Positions 1 through 13,508 of a stretch of 64,000 nucleotides of DNA are shown here, one piece after another. The notes beneath the pieces were generated by a model, which saw only the letters and a program-made list of their open reading frames with translations, had not been told where the DNA came from and searched no databases. Location of the stretch: the NCBI RefSeq assembly GCF_964355755.1, contig NC_092675.1, forward strand, positions 10,969,812-11,033,811, given 5' to 3'. How positions within the stretch are numbered: position 1 is the stretch's first letter; every line of letters starts with the position of its first letter. The position numbers were made by a program, and so were the translations under genes. Source of the stretch: Antedon mediterranea. Its lineage: Eukaryota > Animalia > Echinodermata.

Positions 1-650
1 GTTTGGTTGATAGGATGGGTTTGGAATCCACTGAGTTTTGTTATTTATGGGCCAATCGTTTAGTAGTAGGCTAGCTAGGCCCATGATGGCCCCAATGTTT
101 TAACGTAGCCATCGTGGCATGGAATCCCTTAGTCAGAAATGGCTCTCACCCATGAATAAAATGATTTAGGCTAGGCCTAGCCTAGTACGTGAAGCCGATA
201 TACGATCTGTACTATTCGAGGTATAAAAATAGTATAATTTATGACTCCGTAATCTGTACTAAATTTTGTATTTCAATTTCATTAAATGTCAAATAAATAT
301 ATGCTACACTTTAGGCCCAGCTAATAGAAAATCTAAAAAAATGTATTTCACAATGATCGGGTGGTCGTCGTTTGACAGGGGAGAGAGAACACAACGTACA
401 AGAAGCTTGACGTCGCGAGTTTGGAATCCACTGATGACGTGATTTTGTGAATATCTCATGAATATTAATGAGCTTCCCTAAGCTGCTGAAAAACAGACTT
501 TCCATGAATTTACCCTAAAATGTATATGAAATTTAATTTTTTTAATTTCTCGTTATTACTTCTTCATTCTGACATGTCTATATTGTTATAATATTTTTTA
601 TTTAATAAATAAACGATATTTAAAAGCAATTTTAAACCCAGAATCCCCCT
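1..650. mobile_element. Right end of a non-autonomous DNA transposon, Kolobok-like (left end outside window)
   Basis: Ends ...CCCAGAATCCCCCT followed by TTAA (651-654), directly abutting a LINE fragment. A CCT end plus TTAA is typical of Kolobok-type MITEs. Only one end is visible. Confidence 0.45.
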
Positions 651-654
651 TTAA

Positions 655-2800
655 ACGATGTAGACACATTTTTCAAAATAATATACAGTATTAGGAAATA
701 TTGCAAATTCTATTATTATTCCACATCTAACTTATTGTAGTGTAATCTGGGGTAATTGTGGCTCGAGCTTTCTAAAAAGAGTACAAACTGTACAAAATAG
801 AACAGCCCGAATCATATTTGGCCTATCTTGGGACACACCAAGTAAAGATGCACTTCAGCAAGTAAATTGGCTTACCCTCTCAACTAAAGATGAGTATGAA
901 TGTTGCATGTTAATTTATAAAGTTATGACGGGGCGTGCACCCACATATCTATCAAATCTGGTTTTAAACAAAATAATTTCAAATATAACTTTAGACATTA
1001 TGATACAAACCTCTAGGTTCCGAAACCTCACACTGAGTATAAAAAACATAGTATTTCTTATAGGGAGGTTATAACTTGGAATAAACATAATATTGATATC
1101 AATAAGATGCCACAATCTCTGAACGTATTCAAAATAGAAATTGCAAACATACTTAAACAGGAAGCCTAGTGCTGTATATTTTATAAATTCTTTCTTTTAA
1201 CCCCTTCTCTGCGTATACCCGGTACTACCGGGTATAAACAGACGTCGTTGAAATACATATACACGGTAATACCGGGTATGGGCAACACAATGATTTAATC
1301 ATACAGTATTTGCCTATAATATATAGCACCCTCTATATTCTTTCGATGAACTTGAATATTTTTGCAAGTCATTAAAAATATTTTCCAGCAAAGAAAACGG
1401 CCCTCTATAGTTGTATTATCGTCTTGAAAATAATGCGCCCTCTATAGTTATATTATATATAATAGTACAGTATTTCTATCTTGGAAAGTTGTTTTGAGTA
1501 GCGTAATGGCGGCCATTTTGAAAGTAACACAAATTTACCAGCCCCAATAGGGCAACATGGTGTTTATCACAACACGCAAAAAAAAAAATTCTGAAACAAT
1601 AGTTAGTTTTTGTACTATAGTGAATTTTTGGAAACTGTCATTATTTTCACGATTTTGCCCCAAAACTTTGATTTGTGCATAATTTTTATAAAACAATAAA
1701 ATAATTCAATTTTTTTAAATATTTTTATTTGTTATACATATCTTTATAAATATCCAGTTGGAAAAACGTATTCCATAAGAATTTCTTATAGAAAATATAG
1801 TTTTTATCATTGGTTCAATAAAAAACACGAAATCCAGAATACCTGTAATGACGTCACATGACATCAATAATGCAAATTTTTCACGCTGCTGCTCTAGCCC
1901 GCTACGTCCCATTAGGACTACTCAATCAGAAGCTAAAGCAAGCAGCAGTTATAGTTCTAAGGACAGACAGTTTTGTGAAAATGGAAACTCCACTATGATT
2001 TATTGATTCCAGCTGCTACAGTAGACCCAAAAAACGTCTGGGAAAGAGTCTATTAGGACATGTCATGCTAAAATTACAAATCCCTAAGCATTTCTGGTAT
2101 ATTCACTGTCAGATATTTATTGAATTATTATCGAAACAGTCCATTAAAGTTTGTGTTTGTAATAGGATACTTCACAATTGAAATATCTAGGGTGATGAAG
2201 TGACCCCCAGATTTGACCTTAGCAATAAAATTAACTAAAGTGACAGAAATTGAGTATTCACTTCTGTAACAAAAAAATAATATTTATTCACATATAAAAA
2301 AAGAAAAGAAACCCAAAAACCATTGTCTGACAGACAATTTAAGTATTTGTTGCTTTAAATTACATTTTTTTCAGGTAAAATAACTATTATGTGACAATAA
2401 AATGACACATTCAAAAACATTTGAAATAAAAAATATTTTTCAATAAGCGAGCAGCATTTTTTGTAAGAAATATTTCTTGTTTATACCTAATTGTAGACTA
2501 ACCCTTTGCCCATCACACACCACAAAAATAATTACACAATTATCTCAATTAGTATTTTTTTGCAATTTATCAAAATATCATATGTTTTTCTTAAATATAT
2601 ATTACACAGAGGTGGGAATAATGCTCCGCAGTGAAAGGGTTAATGTTTTGTATAAATGTGTATACACTGTATTATTTGTATATTATATTACCTATCACTT
2701 GTGGAAGAACACCTTTATTTTATGGTGAACGAATTTTATATTTTGTACTTTTGTATTTTATAATTTCGTGAATAAATAAAGATTTGGATTTTGATTGAAA
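655..2800 (+). mobile_element. CR1/L2-clade LINE 3' fragment (ORF2 C-terminus, 3' UTR and tail), interrupted by a piggyBac-like MITE
   Basis: From ~703 reads ANSIIIPHLTYCSVIWGNCGSSFLKRVQTVQNRTARIIFGLSWDTPSKDALQQVNWLTL...LIYKVMTGRAPTYLSNL, the conserved post-RT region of CR1/L2. The 3' UTR resumes at 2644 and ends AATAAATAAA-GATTTGGATTTTGATTG (~2771-2798). Confidence 0.85.
1201..2639. mobile_element. piggyBac-like non-autonomous element
   Basis: TTAA TSD (1197-1200; 2640-2643); imperfect TIRs CCCCTTCTCTGCG / CGCAGTGAAAGGG; no ORF. Confidence 0.85.
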
Positions 2801-3878
2801 TAAAAAATATCAATCTCAAATAAATATTAATATAAATTTAAATAAAGTGTTTACCAATGTAGAAAAACATAAAAACAAACGCATTATATTATATATATTC
2901 TATTTGTTTTTTAATCAGTGATGTAGGCCAATCTATTAGTATTAAAACATTTTACAATACTGTAATTTTTTTACAGGAGTTAAGATTTAAAAATTAACAT
3001 CGTGTCCAGAAATTCCCTCGGTTGGTCATGACTTTTTGTCATCTTCTGCAAGATGGCTTCCGTAGGACGAAAATAGGGCGTAGTAGGCCTATAGACCGGC
3101 AGCCCAGAGACATTTGGTTAGATGAGCTAGGTACCAATATCTGACTATTTAAGTGTGTTGGGGGTCACTTTAAGTCAATGAAAATGGGAGTCTGCCGGGT
3201 ACCCCCTGCTGCGTCTAGACCGGGGGGACCCCGAAACATGCTAAAAAATCGACCCAGGTTAGATGAGAGAGATACCACCTAATTTTACCACCATGGGATG
3301 CCCATTGGCATCCTTATACCAGTATCACAAACGACAGACTTTTTCTCTGCTGCAAAAGGCCCGCCAGACACCCTAAAGTTAGACTAGAGACCCCCTTCCC
3401 CCAACTAGCCCAGCTTAGATATTGTAGATACCACCAGCAACCAATGTTATATGATTTAGCACATTGTAAGCAATACCAAATGACCTATTACAGACTATCT
3501 GTACACTGCCTTGGCCCTGGCAGACCCTCTAAAGTTAGACTAGAGACCCCCCTTTCCCCAACTAGCCCAGCTTAGATATTTTAGATACCACCAGCAACCA
3601 ATGAATATGATTTAACACATTGTAAGCAATACCAAATGACCTATTACAGACTAGTACACTGCCTTGGCCCTGGCAGACCCCTCTAATAAAGTTCGACTAG
3701 AGACCCCATTTACCATTTAAGTATGGCGTAGCTTAGATATTGTAGATAACACCAGCAGCAAAAAAAAAAAAAAAACAAGTTTAACTTTAATCGAACTAAC
3801 ACAAAACATTTGAAAATATATCACATCAATGACGATAAAATGACCATTACCATTAAAGGGAAAAATAGTTTAAGACTT

Positions 3879-6011
3879 TACGTACTGTTTTCCACAAATA
3901 TTACAGTATATGAGATAAATGACGTTTTTGGTTAAACAATTAATTGATTGTCTTATCCGAAAAATGCGGCCAGTTTGGTCACTCTTAAATTTTTCATTAG
4001 AATCAACCAATGAATAAGTTTTGCAAGATTTGCCTCAAAGGTGACTTTTTTGTGTCAAAAACTAGTTTGATAGTGTAAACATAACTTAATATCAATGAAC
4101 TGTTTCATTAGAATATGAGATTTCAATTAAATTTGGATCTGACTAATATATCACGAAGGTTGGGAGGTCTACGAAATGCAATAATGGGTGGTTCCGTAAA
4201 AACAGTTCTGGTTAGTTCTTCGGTACGATTCTGAAAATCTAAATCTGAAGAACAGATGTCTGATACGTAATGCTTTACTGTTCGGTATGTTTTTAGTACA
4301 GTATTGGGGATGACAACTGCTAGGGAGCAGGTACATATTTTTATCCGTGGGTTTACGTAAAACAATTAACGCTACTAGTGGATTTGGTAGCTGTAAATTT
4401 GATAGTTGGGTGGGCTGAACTAATATTGAGAAGAAAAAATTCCAAATTATCTTCACTATGGGTCCAGATCATGAAGATGTCGTCAATGTATCTATATATT
4501 TTTTTGTTTATGGCGATCCTGTTTTTTCTTTACACTGTTGAATCTTGAATAAATAAATAAAACCAAAAAAGTGGTTTATTAGGTTGGAGGGACAGAAATT
4601 TGGCCTCAAATTGTCCCATAAATAAATTTGCAAAAGATGGCGCCATTTTTGTGCCCATCGCTGTGCCATGAATTTGAAGGTAATGGTCATTTCAAAAAAT
4701 AAAATTGTTGTTAAAATCAACACGACCAGTTCTCATAAATAAGCTTTAGTAGGCGTTTTGCCTGTAATTTGTTTGTAATTTAAAGTACATGCGTCGGCTC
4801 CTTCTTCGTGAGGGATATTAGTACGGTATACAACGATGAAACATCTAATGTAGCCAGAACAGAATTATTATGTTAATTTTGAATTTGGTTAATTTTGCGG
4901 ATAAAGTTCGTGGAGTCCTGAATGTACGAAGGGAGATTAGTCACATATGGTCTAAGTAAATCATCTCCATATTCAGAAATGTTCTCTGTAGCAGTGCCAT
5001 TGCCCAAAATAATAGGTCTACTGTACCAGGATTGCCTGTTTTGTGGATTTTAGGTAGGAAATAAAATCTGCCTGGAACTGGATTGACCTGTGCCAAATGA
5101 AGTCCAATCTTAGGATCGATGGAGTGTTTTTTTTACCATCACAGAAACAGATTTGGCCACCTTATCCGCAATTTCCGGGGTGGGATCCGTTTACGATATA
5201 TAATGAAAACAATAAAGATTGTTTAGCTGTCTTAAGGATTCCTCTTCATAAAATTTGATGTCCATAGCAACAATGGCAGAACCTTTATCAGCGGGTTTAA
5301 TGATGATATCATTACGCTGACGCAACTTGGCAATGGCCTGCCTCTCTTGTTTTGAGAGATTGTCACGTTTATCTGGACTCGGGACGTAGTTTTGTACATC
5401 CTCCGCAATAGCCTGGATAAATGTTTCTAAAGCTGGACGATTTTTAGGTGGATTCCAGGAACTATTTGGTTTAAATTTGTTAACGTTGCCTTCGTTTTGC
5501 GTGGTACTGCTGTCTGAATCAGCAAAATATTCACGTAATCGTAATCCTCTGGAGAAAGACTCTATATCCAAAGATAGTTGTTGTGCGCCGACCTGCCTTG
5601 GTTTGGGGCAGAATTTAAGTCCTCGGGAAAGACGTTTTTTCTCTGCTTTAGAAAGTCGACAATTAATTTTAACAACTGAATCAGAGGTGTTGCCCTGATT
5701 CTTGTTATAAGTCCCAACGAACCTTCTGCAGGGTTTCCTAAAAGCCCTGAAGTCATCCCAAGGTAGAGTCATTTGTGTTGAAATGACTGTAAGTCTGCTG
5801 GTAGACCAAATTTGTGATGTCCCCTTCAGGCCATTACCGTTGATTGCTTACGGCAATCATTGGCAATAATCCTGAGTTTGTTTTGAAACTCGGATGCAGG
5901 AAGTTCTCTTTTTAACTTCTTAGTTCTAGAGTGAATTTTGCGGCAATTGCCAATTTGGATCTCATTGAGTTGACAAGCATTTTTGTAAAAGATTATACTA
6001 ATTTTGTTCAA
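3879..6011 (-). pseudogene. Penelope-like retroelement ORF remnant (RT plus start of GIY-YIG endonuclease), frameshifted
   Basis: Minus-strand motifs [90 protein letters not shown] (~4475-4495), YLLPSSCHP, PPIIAFRRPPNLRDILVRSK, NVIYLIYCNICGKQYV (truncated at ~3879). Confidence 0.92.
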
Positions 6012-6123
6012 GTACCTTTTTTAATAGATACAGTACTACATAAATAAATTACATAAAAAATATATATAATTATAATTATTATAATAATAATATATTTTTT
6101 TTATCGAGATACGGTATTGTTCA

Positions 6124-6169
6124 GTCTTATCTGAAGATCGTTTAACGTGAAACATATAGTATAATAGAC
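6124..6169 (+). ncRNA. Putative degenerate minimal hammerhead ribozyme associated with the Penelope remnant
   Basis: CTGAAGA (6131-6137) - short stem CGT/ACG - GAAAC (6149-6153) - ATATA - GTA. Helix I (GTCTTAT / TAATAGAC) pairs only imperfectly. Confidence 0.5.
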
Positions 6170-6959
6170 GTCCGTGTTCCATCTTAAATATTCGCTCTTG
6201 ATTCCAATTGAGCAGCCTCAACGCATCTATATAAATATATATATAAATATGAATACAGGATTAAGATTATAATATACAGCATATAAAATTACCCACTATT
6301 AATTAATCAAATCACTTTAGATAAAGTTACTACAATCCTGAATTTGATTAAGGTGATTACTAAGCTTTCTCTTAAAGTAGGTCCAAGAGTTACAGACAAA
6401 TGTATCTTTGACATCCAAAGGCTAGGAATGCTAAATTTACCGAAATCCGTACTTGTTTTATTTGGCTTATATAAGTTTTAAATGAAACTCTTAAACTATT
6501 TTTCCCTTTAGAATGGTAATGGTCATTTTATCGTCATTGATGTGATATATTTTCAATTGTTTTGTGTTAGTTCGATTAAAGTTAAACTTTATTCAATTAA
6601 ACATGTTGTTTTGGGTGTTTTTTTTTGCTGCTGGTGGTATCTACAATATCTAAGGTAGGCTATATACTTGGGATAAATGGGGTCTCCAGTCTAACTTTAG
6701 AGGGGTCTGCCAGGGCCAAGGCAGTGTACTAGTCTGTAATAGGTCATTTGGTATTGCTTACAATGTGCTAAATCATATAACATTGGTTGCTGGCGGTATC
6801 TACAATATCTAAGCTGGGATAGTTGGGGAAAGGGGGGTCTCTAGTCTAACTTTAGTGGGGTCTGCCAGGGCCAAGGCAGTGTACAGATAGTTTGTAATAG
6901 GTAATTTGGTATTGCTTACAATGTGCTAAATCATATAACATTGGTTGCTAGTGGTATCT

Positions 6960-9900
6960 GAGTCAAAATATGCTAAGGTGTTACATAAAATGCCATTTTA
7001 ATTTGTATTTATAAAAAATATTATATACTATTCTATACACTAATTAATATGTGTAGGGAATTAATAGATAGTTTAACATGCAACGGTATAACTTACACAG
7101 TTTCATTTCACTCCACCCACTATTTTTTTTTTAAATTTCAAATTTGTTGTGATAATGGCCTATTCTCACACCATGAATTTGTAACATTTTGAGTGTCACT
7201 TCATAATCCAATTTATATTTGATAATTGTGAAGTATAATAAAAAATATTGATTGGGATATTGGAAGTACATGTATAAACAATAAATAAAATCAATATATT
7301 GACACCACAATATTTTATTTTTGTATAATAAATTAATATCTTTGCTTGTGCTGACGTGCGTTACTGTGTCCGTCAACAATCAAGTTTGACTAGGCCTAGG
7401 CTGGGTTAGGCCTAGAACAACGGCAATACGAAAACCAAAATGTTAAACAATTCAAGGATATGTTTACTCTATACAGTATAATGCATCAGATTTTAAATGT
7501 TATGTAATTTAATTGTATATAAATCCCGATTTTAAAAAAATGTCACCATTGTCTGTCAAAAACTAACGCACGCAATGTTTTCCTGTCATTACCGCCGAGA
7601 ATGAGCAAACAGACGATACTACATGGCAGCCTACAAATATAGCTCCCGCGATGGCTTCCCGCTGCAAAAATTCTTCACAGAATGTAAACTTGCGTCGCTA
7701 AACAACGAAAACTAGTTTCTGTCAAAAATATAACGCACGCAAGATATAACGCACGTAAGTACTTAACATTATTAGAAATCATAAATAAATACATTTAGAA
7801 CATAAATACATAGTTTAGGCTTCATGTTATTAATTCTAATGGTATTTTAGGCCTAATAATTACCTCGGTACGGCTATTAGGGCGAACTGTCTCAAGCGAC
7901 AGCGATAGGCACACGCCTAGGCTAATTTGCTCAGTGTTTTGACTGACCTTTCTAAATCGTGCGTTATATTTGACAGATATTTCTTCCGTGCGTTAGGCCT
8001 TGACATATTTATTGGTTAGATTTTAGTTAATTTTAATATCATGGAATGTTCTTTTCAAGTTTTAATACATGTAATTCCTAGGTTTTATAACTAGGCCTAA
8101 GCCTATACTTCAAACAAGTAGCAATCGCTGGTATTCCGTCTCCGGAGGAGCGCTGGCGAACACGTGCGTTATATTTGACGGACGGCGGCCGTGTATATAA
8201 GGATTTGGCAGATCGTGTATTTCATTTCAATTACAAATAGCGTATTTTAATAGCTTTTATACTTCATAAAAAAAAATATTTAATGGAATTAAACAATTTA
8301 GTTTCATTTTGTGTGTTGATGATTAGCATGGTAAAATAATTTTGAAGTATAACATTTAGTCCAATATAATTATAAATAAATAGATACTATAAATATTAAT
8401 ACCTATAATAACAAGGCCAACAGCCATTAAGTCGCGTGCTACAATGCATGGTGATACCGGACCGACAGACAGACCGACAGACAGACCGACAGACAGACCG
8501 ACAGACAGACCGACAGACCGACAGACAGAGAGACCGACCGACCGACATAGTGAACTATACTGACCGAAATTACTGAACATGTTTAAAAATGTTGAAATGT
8601 TTAAAAACATTTATTTTTTTTAAATTTACACGTGCGTAGCCTGTCACTTTCGACGTGCTCGTATAACGTAATTTCGAGTTGAAAAGTAAGTCAAGAAAAC
8701 AGAAATCGGGCCAAAAGGGTGCGCAATAACATTTAACGCGCAGTGCGTGCGCAAAAATATGCGCACTCATGGCAATTTTGTAAAGGCTTAAAATTGCCTG
8801 AAATGTACTCTTATTTCATCGAAAATAAATTTTGAAAATGTTAAGCGCGCGTACGCATGCGTTACATGCGCTACGCACGTAATTGTATTGCCATATGATG
8901 ATTTATGCCCTGAAATTTATGAGTACCAAATTTTATTTAATTGTGATTCATGGTTGTGAAGATATGATTACAAACGTGATTTCGTTAAATCGTGCATAGA
9001 CCGCGTAATTTTTTATTGCGCACCGTGAAAACATAACCACATTGATTCCTGGCCATAAGGAATATACTGTGAAAAATTGACCTAGCTAGATTAAACTGAT
9101 ATCAAGATAAGGTCAGAAAGCGATAAAACGCATAGTGATACCGGACCGACAGACAGACAGACCGACAGACAGACCGACAGACAGACAGACAGACAGACCG
9201 ACCGACCGACATAGTGAACTATAGAGTCGCTTCCACGCGACTAAAAATATAGTTAACTAACTAACAGGCTATTTAATTAGTATTAACTCAATAATAATTA
9301 AGTATACTAAATTAAAACAAATAGAAATAAAACAAATTAAAATATAAAAGAATAAATCAAATGTAGGCCTACTAACATAAATAAAAATATTTAAAGAAAT
9401 ATTAAATAAATAAAACATATAGATTTACTAATATAATAAATAAAAATATTAATAAAATAAATACAAAATTAATATTTTTTTCTGTACTTGCTGTATTTTC
9501 AGAATGGTTTTAAAAATAAAAGTAAAAATGGAAGAGATAAATAAGGGCTCACCAACCCCGAAAACTAATTCAAGAGGTGCCGTCCATTCAAAATTGTATA
9601 GAGAAAGATGTTCTATTTATGCATCATGCACGTTTTCATGTTGACTGTATAATAATTAGGCAATTAAGATAATTGTTTCAGATTAATTTTCAATTTAAAT
9701 ATTTCAAACCATTTTGATGACATGTTTAGTTGTGTTTTTATACCTGCAAGTATTGCATACCGGTAGTTGAATTTGCCAAGTGAAAATTACTGTATGTCGG
9801 AGATTACATAACGGTATTTGGATTTTATTAAAATATTGGTAATTTTTAATAAATAGCCAACCTTCACACCTAAAGTGTACTCTTATCATTTTTTTTCTCA

Positions 9901-10553
9901 AACTACATGCCCAATAGTGTTTTCCAGACAACACACACACCCACACCCACAGCTTCGTCTGTCAAACTAACACACGCAAGCGTAGTGTCTGTCAAACTAA
10001 CACACGCAAGTACACCTCAAATAATGTCATTATTTTCAAAGATATGCCATTTGATATTATTTTTCCTCATAAAACATTTTGCCATTATGACTTTCTGCCA
10101 TTCTATCAAGAATAGTTAATAACCAAAGGATTTACAGTGATTAAAGTACAATTAAAACGGCATAATAAATTTTCACCAATTGCATGCTAATTTTTTAAAG
10201 ACAAAAACACTTTTATGTGATTATTGAGAAATTTTTTTTCCGCATTTATACTTTGAAATGTAGTATATTAAACATAATTAAATAAATTATAAGACATAGT
10301 TATGATAATTTTATTATTTGTTCAAGAAAAACAACAAAATTTTGTCCGTCAAAACTAACACACGCAATTGCTACACCAATTAAATTAAAATACATTTTTT
10401 GAAGTTTATGTTCAGTGACTTATCTTTTTTTTAGTATTGCCTGAAAGATATGTTTTTACTCAACAATTTCAGGTTATAAAAAAAAAAAAAGGTTAAAGAT
10501 GAAAAATTGACCTCTGTGTTACAGTTTTATAACACTTTAGCATATTTTGAGTC
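6960..10553. mobile_element. Sola2-like non-autonomous DNA transposon inserted in the right arm of the Academ-like element
   Basis: TIR GAGTCAAAATATGCTAAGGTGTTA / TAACACTTTAGCATATTTTGAGTC; 4-bp TSD ATCT (6956-6959; 10554-10557). Removing it restores the arm repeat GTGGTATCTACAATATC. Confidence 0.75.
8410..9247 (-). mobile_element. Helentron-associated (DINE-1/HINE-like) non-autonomous element
   Basis: Minus strand starts TTTTTAGTCGCGTGGAAGCGACTC, has (CTGT/CGGT)n microsatellites at 8460-8546 and 9143-9210, subterminal inverted repeat CACGCGACT, terminal hairpin GGCTGTTGGCC and ends TTGTT. Confidence 0.75.
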
Positions 10554-12405
10554 ATCTACAATATCTAAGCTGGGCTAATTGAGAAAAGAGGGGTCTCTAG
10601 TCGAACTTTAGAGGGGTCTGCCAGGGCCAAGGCAGTATACAGATAGTTTGTAATAGGTAATTTGGTATTGCTTACAATGTGCTAGGCTCGCGCTAACCGC
10701 TCGCCAATTCGCCAATGGCGACTGGAGTCTCCATTTGGCGAAAATAATTATTGCCTCGTTCGCCAAATTGGCGAAAATACATTTCCAAGCCTAGGCCTAG
10801 CCTGGTCGGCGTGACTTCTTATGGGAGCGAGAATTCGCCACACTTCGGTACTTTCTGACTCGGGTACACTTTTTACCACAACAGCATTTTATGTGACGAC
10901 GTCACGATCGCCGTGTTCATTTTTTTAGTTCTGTTTAAACATGCGCAGAGCGTGCCTCGATGACGTTTTAATGACACACAGTTAATGTGATTGGTTCGTG
11001 GCCGGTCGTCGTCGACGTGATGATGAGCGAATAAAAGGGGAAGTCCCTATTCTTCGACGTAGAAAATGAACTTCGAGAAGAAAATGTAAACAGAAACATG
11101 TGGACGAATACTTCCGTAAACGAGGCTGTTCTGTTATTTAAAAAGGGGAATTTTAAATTTAACAAAGTAATTACCTCAATAGTATAATGTTAACATGTTT
11201 AATTTTATTTCCCTTTTGATTATTCTAACCGAAAGTTGCGCTTTAAATTGAATAGCTAAGAAACAACGTATACTACAACGGCAACCCTGGCCAAAGCGCG
11301 TTTCGGCCGCCTACATAGAATGGGTTACGGCCGCTGCATAGCAAATTCAAAGCTTCTTAAATTTCTGTGGTACATTTCTTCCTAACGTACTTGTTTTATA
11401 TAATAGATTGATAAATATTCCACTTATTAAATAATTTAATAAATCGGTAAAATTGACGTTTCGAAGCAAGTATTCCATGATGAGAGGCGACATTTTTCGA
11501 CATGCCTCGTGTGCGGCGAATACTAGTTCAGAAAATGGAACAGTCCACTGTGCGGGGGTTATCCAATCATTAATTAACGCGCTAATACCTAGGCGACGGT
11601 AATTTAGTAATAGGGTCATTCCATCTCAGTTCACCCAAAAAAAATGGAATTTTAAACCCTACCTCTTCCAATTTTGATGAAATTTGGTATATGGGTGATT
11701 CATAGCAATTAAAGCCAAAATTTCAAATTTTAACTTTATCGGACCAACGGTTTTCGAGATATCGCAATTTCAATTTTCGGTTTTTACGCAAAAAAGGGAG
11801 CGGCCGCCACGTTTCAAAGAGCTGTATCTCGGGAACTATAGGTTCGATTTTAAAAACAAAGGTATTTTTGTAAAGGGGAGACCATAAGGAACCTAAATAT
11901 ACTAATTGTGTGTGTTTTATGTTAATTTTAAGTTGAATAAAACTTTGACATATATTTTGACCTTGAAATTGACCCCGTGGAACACGCCCGATTTGTTGGT
12001 GACTATCACGAAAAATGTAGCCCTACTTGTCAACTACAACATATAACAAAATTGGAGGGGTTTTTTTGTTTGTTTCCATGAAATTACAATTTGAAGTTGA
12101 CATACCTCTTCCTTTTAGTGTATTTTTGGTGTTGTTATATACTTATACACAGTGTGAACACTAACTGTTAAGGTGTCTTATTGTTACGCTTTCTCATCAG
12201 GCCCACTTAAACAGTAGATATACTTTGATATGAGAAATACTGGGTAACTCACATACTTTTCAAATCAATTTTGACACATAGTTTAGTGTCCTTACTATGT
12301 TATTATGCATATTAATGCATAATAAGTGATTGCAGAGAACATACATCAGTTACTGATGCCTTTTTAAAGGTTGTCATCCCCTATTTAAAATCAAAACTAC
12401 CAACC

Positions 12406-12858
12406 ATGAAAAAAGTTCATTATTTCACAGATGGATGTGGCGGCCAATACAAAAACAAATATAACTTTATTAACCTTTGCCACCACCAGGAAGATTTTGG
12501 TTTAGACGCCGAGGGGAATTTTTTCGCTACATCACATGGCAAGAGTGCATGTGATGGCATAGGTGGAACAGTTAAGAGGCTTGTCACTAAGAGAAGCTTA
12601 CAGCGTTTGACTGAATGTCATATTCTCACATCTCTCAGTATGTTCGACTACTGTGTAATTTTTTATTTTTATTTATGTCTTTAGGCAATGTGGCCAAGGA
12701 TTACCAATAGTGAATTAATCACTGTCCTATCAGATAGGTGGTAATCCCCCTGATACAGGGGCTATTGTGTGAACCAGTTCACCGGGATAACCCCCTACTC
12801 TTTTTCGAATAATGAACTGGGTTCTTTAAAGTACACACAGGTTATAACTGTGTACACT

Positions 12859-12892
<34 letters not shown>

Positions 12893-13508
12893 TTGTTCCA
12901 CCACCAGAACTAGGAGCGAGTCGGCCTCGAACCCTTGCCGATGTTGTTGTTGGCTCTTTAGGTACGGTAAACGACGCCCCTGCCTTAACCGCTCGGCCAT
13001 ATGACTCGCTCATATGGACATTCCAGGCATCAACTTTTTTCATGTGGGAATAGATGAGGTATCTACTGTGGAAAAAGAAATAAAGCCGAGATTCAACCTC
13101 GCCCAGACCATCAAGGGTACATTACAATATCATCGCTTTGTTCACGTTTATCTGGCACAGATGCAGGTCTACAAACTTAGTACCCAGATAAACCCTCCGG
13201 ATGTGGTAGTGATTCAAGAATCTTTCAGTGATGAAAATGAAATTGTTGCTGATACACAACCCACCATTATTAGACTTCAGAATTTGTGTGCTGTAGTTAT
13301 GATGGTGTCCCATTTGGTTGTGGATGTCTCAGAAGAGTTTGGGGATTATCAAATTAAATTTATGCATCCTCATGGGCCAGCGAAAATCTTTTATTGGCCG
13401 TCCAAAGAAGACTGTTGTTGGATTCCTGAATCAAATGTACATTGTATTATAGCCTCTCCGTTTATAAAATCCTCTTCGACTAGGAATTACAGTAATTTCC
13501 CAAAATGA
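12406..13508 (+). pseudogene. Sola2-type DDE transposase C-terminal remnant, split by a SINE
   Basis: VHYFTDGCGGQYKNKYNFINLCHHQEDFGLDAEGNFFATSHGKSACDGIGGTVKR...MFDYC, resuming after the SINE as DIPGINFFHV...IKGTLQYHRF...IKFMHPHGPAKIFYWP. Confidence 0.85.
12658..13011 (-). mobile_element. tRNA-derived SINE with a Deu(Nin)-like core
   Basis: Minus-strand A box TGGCCGAGCGG, B box GGTTCGAGGCC, stem GAGCGAGTC/GACTCGCTC; core GATAAGGACTATAAACCGTAGGTCC...TAAAGAACCCAGTTCATTATTCGAAAAAGAGTAGGGGTTATCCCGGTG resembles the Deu domain; A-rich tail at ~12658-12676. Confidence 0.8.

Noticed and set aside
3084-3091. 8-bp hAT-type TSD for the 3092-15715 element
   Set aside because: TAGGCCTA versus CTAGGCTA do not match; an exact 3-bp CTA duplication fits better.
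12915-13011. tRNA gene
   Set aside because: A and B boxes are present but too far apart, there is no proper cloverleaf, and the sequence continues into a SINE core and tail.
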